Assembly (NCBI GenBank): GCA_963668675.2
Contig: CAXXMB010000001.1
Location: 1,344,001-1,408,000, forward strand
Direction of reading: 5' to 3'
DNA length: 64,000 nt
Origin: an uncultured Desulfatitalea sp.
Lineage (GTDB): Bacteria > Desulfobacterota > Desulfobacteria > Desulfobacterales > Desulfosarcinaceae
This document shows positions 59,078-64,000 of the stretch, in pieces. The position numbers and the translations under genes were made by a program. The notes under the pieces are model-generated. The model was not told the DNA's origin and searched no databases. It saw only the letters and a program-made list of their open reading frames with translations. The stretch's first letter is position 1. The number at the start of each line of letters is the position of its first letter.

Positions 59078-59634
59078 CCGCTGACCGTGGAACTTGGCGA
59101 CAGATCATGCAGTAGTGGCCGCACCGCTCTGGCGATTGGCAGCGCCGCTGCAATTTTAAATGCATCGCCAATGAGAAATGGGTAGCAGCCTGCGACCAAG
59201 GCTTTGCCCAACGTCATGCCGGTGATCCATTTCAGCCATGGTACCCCAAGGGCGTAGACAGCCAGCGAACCAATCACCATACCTGTCACCTCTAATGAGA
59301 GTCTTCCCCTGGCCTTTTCTGCAAATAGCCCGACGAGATAAGCGGCGGCCAGAAAACCAACCAGATAACCTCCCGTCGGACCGATCAGGCGCCCCACTCC
59401 GCCGGTGCCGCTTGCGAATACAGGCAGACCGCAGGCACCGGCCAGCAGATATACGGCGACACTGATGGAGGCCCAGCGTCTGCCCAGCAATAGTCCGGCG
59501 ACCAGCACAAAAAGGTTCTGCAACACGATGGGCACGGGCCCTATGGGAATTGAGAGATAGGCGCCCACGGCGATCAAGGCGGCCATCATTGCAGCAAAAA
59601 CAAGTCTGCGAATGGCGATATCGGAGTGCATCAT
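59074..59634 (-). CDS. bioY: Biotin ECF substrate component BioY
   Basis: PVPIVLQ, GLPVF, GPTGGYL. Confidence 0.93.
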   Translation of the reverse strand: MMHSDIAIRRLVFAAMMAALIAVGAYLSIPIGPVPIVLQNLFVLVAGLLLGRRWASISVAVYLLAGACGLPVFASGTGGVGRLIGPTGGYLVGFLAAAYLVGLFAEKARGRLSLEVTGMVIGSLAVYALGVPWLKWITGMTLGKALVAGCYPFLIGDAFKIAAALPIARAVRPLLHDLSPSSTVSG

Positions 59635-59717
59635 CCTCTTCTCTGCTCTTTTTTATCTGAGCCTATCCAGCACATATCGATTTACACCGCTAATTTAGGT
59701 AGTTAGCCGGACAGGCT

Positions 59718-60641
59718 TTAATCTTGGTGAAAACAATCCCCATAAACAACCGTTTTTTGTTCACCACTATCCGTCTCCAGGACCAGGGCGCCTGTCTCTT
59801 CCAAATCGACAGCGCGGCCCTCGACGGTGTCATGCACGGTCTGCACTTTCACCCTACGCCCCAACGTGATAGCCTTGCGGCGCCATTGGTCGATGGTGCC
59901 GTCTAATCGATCGTCTGTCAGGCGACGCTCGAATCGCTCCCAGAAGGATAGCAGTATGTCCGATCTTGAGACCTGCTGCTTGGTCAACTTCGAGATCGAT
60001 ACGGCCGGCGGCTCAACTGACCGGGTGTCATTGTGCACATTGACACCGATGCCAAGGTTCACGAATTCGATACGATCCGATTCCGCTGACATAATGGAGA
60101 GAATTCCAGCCAACTTGCGCTCCTCGACCAGCACATCGTTTGGCCACTTAAGCTGGCAGCCGATACCGTACAGGCTCTCGATGACTGCGGCGAGATCCAC
60201 GGCGGCGGCCAGGTTGATCAGCGGACTGGCATCCGGCGTGACAAGCGGCCTCAAGACCATGGTAAAATAGAGGCCGCCAATGGTAGAGCGCCACTCACGG
60301 GAGAGCCGCCCCCGGCCCTTGGTCTGCCGCTCAGCAACAACGACGGTGAATCCAGGGCAGCCTCCTCGCGCCAGATCCATGGCCCTGTCCATGGTAGAGG
60401 TCAGCTCCGGGTAGTAGTGTACCAGCTGGGAACGCTTTCCAAACACCCATGGATAGGGGGTGTCCGGACCGCTGACCAGCCGGTAGCCTTTGGGGGTCGC
60501 CAAGATCTCGTATCCGGCTTCCTGCAATTGGCGGATATGTTTCCATACGGCCACGCGAGAGACCCCTAATGCCGCGCTTAGTCTCTCTCCTGAAACCGTC
60601 TCATCGGTTTGATCTAATATGGCAAGAATGTCTGCTTTCAT
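59718..60641 (-). CDS. birA: Bifunctional biotin ligase/repressor
   Basis: HTH VSGERLSAALGVSRVAVWKHI; QTKGRGR; KWPND; KLAGIL. Confidence 0.95.
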   Translation of the reverse strand: MKADILAILDQTDETVSGERLSAALGVSRVAVWKHIRQLQEAGYEILATPKGYRLVSGPDTPYPWVFGKRSQLVHYYPELTSTMDRAMDLARGGCPGFTVVVAERQTKGRGRLSREWRSTIGGLYFTMVLRPLVTPDASPLINLAAAVDLAAVIESLYGIGCQLKWPNDVLVEERKLAGILSIMSAESDRIEFVNLGIGVNVHNDTRSVEPPAVSISKLTKQQVSRSDILLSFWERFERRLTDDRLDGTIDQWRRKAITLGRRVKVQTVHDTVEGRAVDLEETGALVLETDSGEQKTVVYGDCFHQD

Positions 60642-60676
60642 GTGAGTATTCCCCCGGAATGTCTCGCGATCAGATG

Positions 60677-60705
60677 TGTTAACCACATAAACGATTTTGG
60701 TTAAC
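60677..60705. promoter_or_regulatory. BirA operator
   Basis: TGTTAAC-N16-GTTAAC palindrome upstream of birA-bioY, near a minus-strand TTGACA. Confidence 0.8.
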
Positions 60706-60809
60706 CAATAGAGGTGGCGATGTCAAGTGCAATCGGCGCAGCATGTGCGGAATGCAGACGTGTCTTAGATACTCAACTTTCAGGTATGCACGCCTTCTGA
60801 CGGCTCATC

Positions 60810-62234
60810 CTATAGCCTATCGAGAAGGCGTTGGTGAATATTTTCAAAACCGCCGTTGGACATTATGAGCAGCACATCCCCGGACTTCGCTTGGGATGCA
60901 ACGAAAGCGATGATTCCATCGGTATCAAGAAAAAAATGGGCCTCTTTGCCCCTCGCTTGCGTGTCGGCCACTAATTGCTCCGACGAAAAGCGCTCCTCTT
61001 TGGGAATCTTCTCCAACAGCGGCGCCTGCCGTATGCAAATCACATCCGCTGCATCGAAGCATCCGGGGTAGACGTTCTGAAACACGCTGCGCCGGCTGGA
61101 GTTGGTGCGCGGCTCGAAAATGGCGAAGAGGCGCCGCTCTCCGTAAAAGTCCTTGATTGCCTCGACAGTTGCCTTTACGGCCGTGGGGTGGTGTGCAAAG
61201 TCGTCAATCACCACGACGCCATTTTTCACACCGCGCACCTCCTGACGACGACGCACCCCCCTAAAGCTCTCCAGCGCGTGTGCGATCACATCAACGTCGA
61301 TATTCAAATGGTCTCCCACAGCGATACCAGCCAGCAAGTTGCCTAGGTTATGCCGTCCGACCATCCGGGTTTTGAAGGTTGCATAGAGGGCTTTGCGCCG
61401 GTAGGTCTCAAAATGGGTGTAGGGAGGGGCAATTGTCACCTGCCCGATGCGCCACTCCGAATCCGGATGGTGGCCATAAGCCGCGACCTCAGCTGAAGCG
61501 CTGGGTAACAGATCGGCCACGTTGGGGTCCTGATCATAGGCCACAAGACGAGCGTCGGAGGCGAGGCTCGCCAGAAAGCTTCTAAAGGACTGCTTGACAT
61601 GATTCAGGTCAGTGTAGATGTCGGCATGATCAAATTCAACGCTTGTGAGAACCGCCACTTCCGGTGTGTAATGCAAAAATTTCGGGCCCTTATCAAAAAA
61701 AGCGGTATCGTACTCATCGCCCTCCAGAACCATCCACTCCCCCTGCCCCACCTTATAGTTGCTTTGAAAATCGGGGATGATCCCTCCAATCAGAAACGAG
61801 GGATCCAGTTCTGCGCAGTGGAGCAGCCAGGCGATGAACGATGAGGTGGTGGTCTTGCCATGCGTGCCGGTGATGACGATCTGCTTCTTTCCCGCAGCTG
61901 CAAAGTGATTGATTGCCTGAGGCATCGAGCAGAAGGCCAAACCCAGCTCTTCGACGGCTTGCACCTCAGGGTTGCCCTTGGATACCGCGTTTCCGACCAC
62001 AACCAGATCCGGTCTCTTCCGCAGATGTTCTCCACTGAACCCCTCACAGATGGGAATGCCTCTTTCCCTTAAAAAGTCGCTCATGGGCGGGTAGACATGC
62101 TGATCCGACCCGGTGACGACATAGCCCATCTCTTTCAGCATAGAGGCCAGCGCCCCCATGGCGGTTCCGCAAATGGCAATCAGGTGAATGCGGCTCACCT
62201 TTTCAGGCATGGCAAATTTTGATTTTGAAGACAT
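60810..62234 (-). CDS. mpl: Murein peptide ligase
   Basis: ICGTAMG, GTHGKTTT, EGDEYDTAFFDK, DDFAHHPTA, EPRTNS, MSNGGF. Confidence 0.92.
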   Translation of the reverse strand: MSSKSKFAMPEKVSRIHLIAICGTAMGALASMLKEMGYVVTGSDQHVYPPMSDFLRERGIPICEGFSGEHLRKRPDLVVVGNAVSKGNPEVQAVEELGLAFCSMPQAINHFAAAGKKQIVITGTHGKTTTSSFIAWLLHCAELDPSFLIGGIIPDFQSNYKVGQGEWMVLEGDEYDTAFFDKGPKFLHYTPEVAVLTSVEFDHADIYTDLNHVKQSFRSFLASLASDARLVAYDQDPNVADLLPSASAEVAAYGHHPDSEWRIGQVTIAPPYTHFETYRRKALYATFKTRMVGRHNLGNLLAGIAVGDHLNIDVDVIAHALESFRGVRRRQEVRGVKNGVVVIDDFAHHPTAVKATVEAIKDFYGERRLFAIFEPRTNSSRRSVFQNVYPGCFDAADVICIRQAPLLEKIPKEERFSSEQLVADTQARGKEAHFFLDTDGIIAFVASQAKSGDVLLIMSNGGFENIHQRLLDRL

Positions 62235-62607
62235 CCTCGTGTCCCTTTCCCACGGGTTGATTGAAAATTGATGCAGCATACCGTTAACTCACATAAAAGA
62301 TAACCTGAAAAAGGGCAATAGAGCGGGACCTTCCCCATTACAAATCTGGCCGGAAGAGTAAGGTTTTCCCATCTCCCTTTCTCCGTGCCAGTGCCATAAC
62401 CACCTGAACAATCCTCTGTTTCAGCAAACCAACACTGGCGGTCTATAGACAATTTTTGTTTATAATTTCCAGAGTTTGATTTGACACCCCACACCATCTT
62501 GGTTATTATACCCTATATTTCTTGGCCGGTGCCGGCAACCACCATTTAGGCCCGGTTCCTCGTGGCTTGATCATATGATCGACGACAAGATTACTGGCAA
62601 GAGAACT

Positions 62608-64000
62608 ATGGCCAAAAAAATATCACCAAGCGATGCAGCCCTCATCTCTCACCTAAAAGAGATTTCTACTTGGGTCTCTTCGGTTCATGACTTGGACAAA
62701 CTCCTGGAGCTGATCATCGAATCGGCCGCCCGGGTCATTAAAGCCAAGGCAGCTTCACTGTTGCTGGTGGACCGCAAATCCAATACGCTTTTCTTTCAAG
62801 TCGCAACTGGAGAGAAGAAAAACGAGGTCAAAGAGTACCGCATCAAAATGGGCCAGGGGATTGCGGGACATGTGGCGCAGAGTGGCCAGTCGCTGCTCAT
62901 TGAAGACGTACGCAATGATCCACGTTGGTTCAAGGAGATCAGCGAATCGATCAGCTTTGAGACGCAATCGATCGCCTGCGTTCCGCTGAAAAGCGAAAAT
63001 GACATTATCGGCGTCATGCAAATTATAGACAAAGAAGATGGCAGCCCCATCGGCCAGAACGACATCCAGCTCATAGAAGAGTTTGCGACACTCGCGGCAC
63101 TCGCTTTAGGCCAAGCCCAAAACCTGCAGAAGGTCAAGCGGGAGATACAGGATCTGAAACAGGAGCTTCAGGTCCGCCATGAAATGATCGGAAAAAGTTC
63201 TGCACTGGAAAAGGTGATTGCCGACGGGCTGAAGGTCGCCAACTCCAAGGCCAGTGCCTTGATTCTGGGCGAGAGCGGCACCGGCAAGGAACTGCTGGCG
63301 CGCCTTATCCATCGTGGAGGCCCGCGCAAAAACATGCCCCTGGTGGTGCTTAACTGTGCGGCCATGCCGGAGACCCTGCTCGAAGATGAGCTGTTCGGAC
63401 ACGAAAAAGGGGCCTTTACCGGAGCCGTAAACCGCAAGATCGGAAAATTCGAACTGGCCCATGAAGGCACCATCTTTCTGGATGAGATCGGCGAAATGAC
63501 CCCCGGCATGCAGGCCAAGCTGTTGCGGGTGCTTCAAGAGGGCAATTTTTACCGGGTGGGCGGCAACATTCCAATATCAGTGGATGTCCGCGTTCTTTCC
63601 GCGACCAACAAGAAACTGGAAGAAGAGGTGGCCAACGGGCAATTCCGCGAAGATCTCTACTACCGGCTCAATGTGGTTCAAATCAACATGCCCACCCTCA
63701 GGGAACGGAAGGAGGACATTCCTCTGCTCGCCGACCACTTTCTCTCTATCTTCAAAGAGGAGACCGTCACCCCCAACATCACCATATCCGACGCGGCCTT
63801 GGACAAAATGGTTCAATACGACTGGCCCGGAAATATCAGGGAGTTTCGCAATGCCATCGAGCGAGCCGTTGTCATGGGCAATGGCAAGGAGATTCTTCCC
63901 GATGATCTGCCCATCGCTTCGAGCCGCAGCAACTACCCCGGCCTGCAGGTCGGCCTCACCCTTGAAGAGGCGCTCAATCAATTCAAGAAAGAGTTCATTA
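62608..64000 (+). CDS. GAF-domain sigma54-dependent activator (3' truncated by window edge)
   Basis: Read by hand: GAF (MGQGIAGHVAQSG), GESGTGKE, GAFTGA, WPGNIRE. Confidence 0.9.
   Translation, partial: MAKKISPSDAALISHLKEISTWVSSVHDLDKLLELIIESAARVIKAKAASLLLVDRKSNTLFFQVATGEKKNEVKEYRIKMGQGIAGHVAQSGQSLLIEDVRNDPRWFKEISESISFETQSIACVPLKSENDIIGVMQIIDKEDGSPIGQNDIQLIEEFATLAALALGQAQNLQKVKREIQDLKQELQVRHEMIGKSSALEKVIADGLKVANSKASALILGESGTGKELLARLIHRGGPRKNMPLVVLNCAAMPETLLEDELFGHEKGAFTGAVNRKIGKFELAHEGTIFLDEIGEMTPGMQAKLLRVLQEGNFYRVGGNIPISVDVRVLSATNKKLEEEVANGQFREDLYYRLNVVQINMPTLRERKEDIPLLADHFLSIFKEETVTPNITISDAALDKMVQYDWPGNIREFRNAIERAVVMGNGKEILPDDLPIASSRSNYPGLQVGLTLEEALNQFKKEFI

Overview
Bases 1 to about 28,440 are the right part of an integrated temperate siphovirus-type prophage. 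In order: the 3' part of a capsid (fusion) gene, tail tube, a frameshifting tail chaperone, tape measure, a BR0599/DUF2793-type tail tip, small lysis-region membrane genes, hicBA, SRAP, the immunity switch, early genes, xis, a tyrosine integrase and a tRNA-Thr(CGT) 3'-half attachment core. The main discovery is an AT-rich block at 17.7-24.15 kb inside the prophage. It is an integron gene-cassette array with six single-gene cassettes, five complete attC hairpins and one half attC, preceded by an attI-like site. For cassettes 1-5 the 5' GTT core is the exact reverse complement of that cassette's own 3' AAC core. No integron integrase is in the window and the phage integrase lacks the IntI-specific insertion. 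The cargo is rich in likely anti-phage functions (OLD-type ATPase-TOPRIM nuclease, NYN RNase, DUF262-Schlafen fusion, membrane proteins). I infer the phage carries an integrase-less cassette landing pad loaded in trans by a host IntI. The remainder (28.5-64 kb) is host chromosome whose gene content suggests a deltaproteobacterial, Desulfobacterales-like anaerobe (inference): IHF, a GH13 phosphorylase, a sigma54-controlled acyclic-terpene/branched acyl-CoA (atu-like) operon, beta-oxidation genes, tRNA-Glu and tRNA-Lys, trkAH, birA-bioY-ECF, mpl and a GAF sigma54 activator. All protein family calls come from motif recognition by eye, not database searches.
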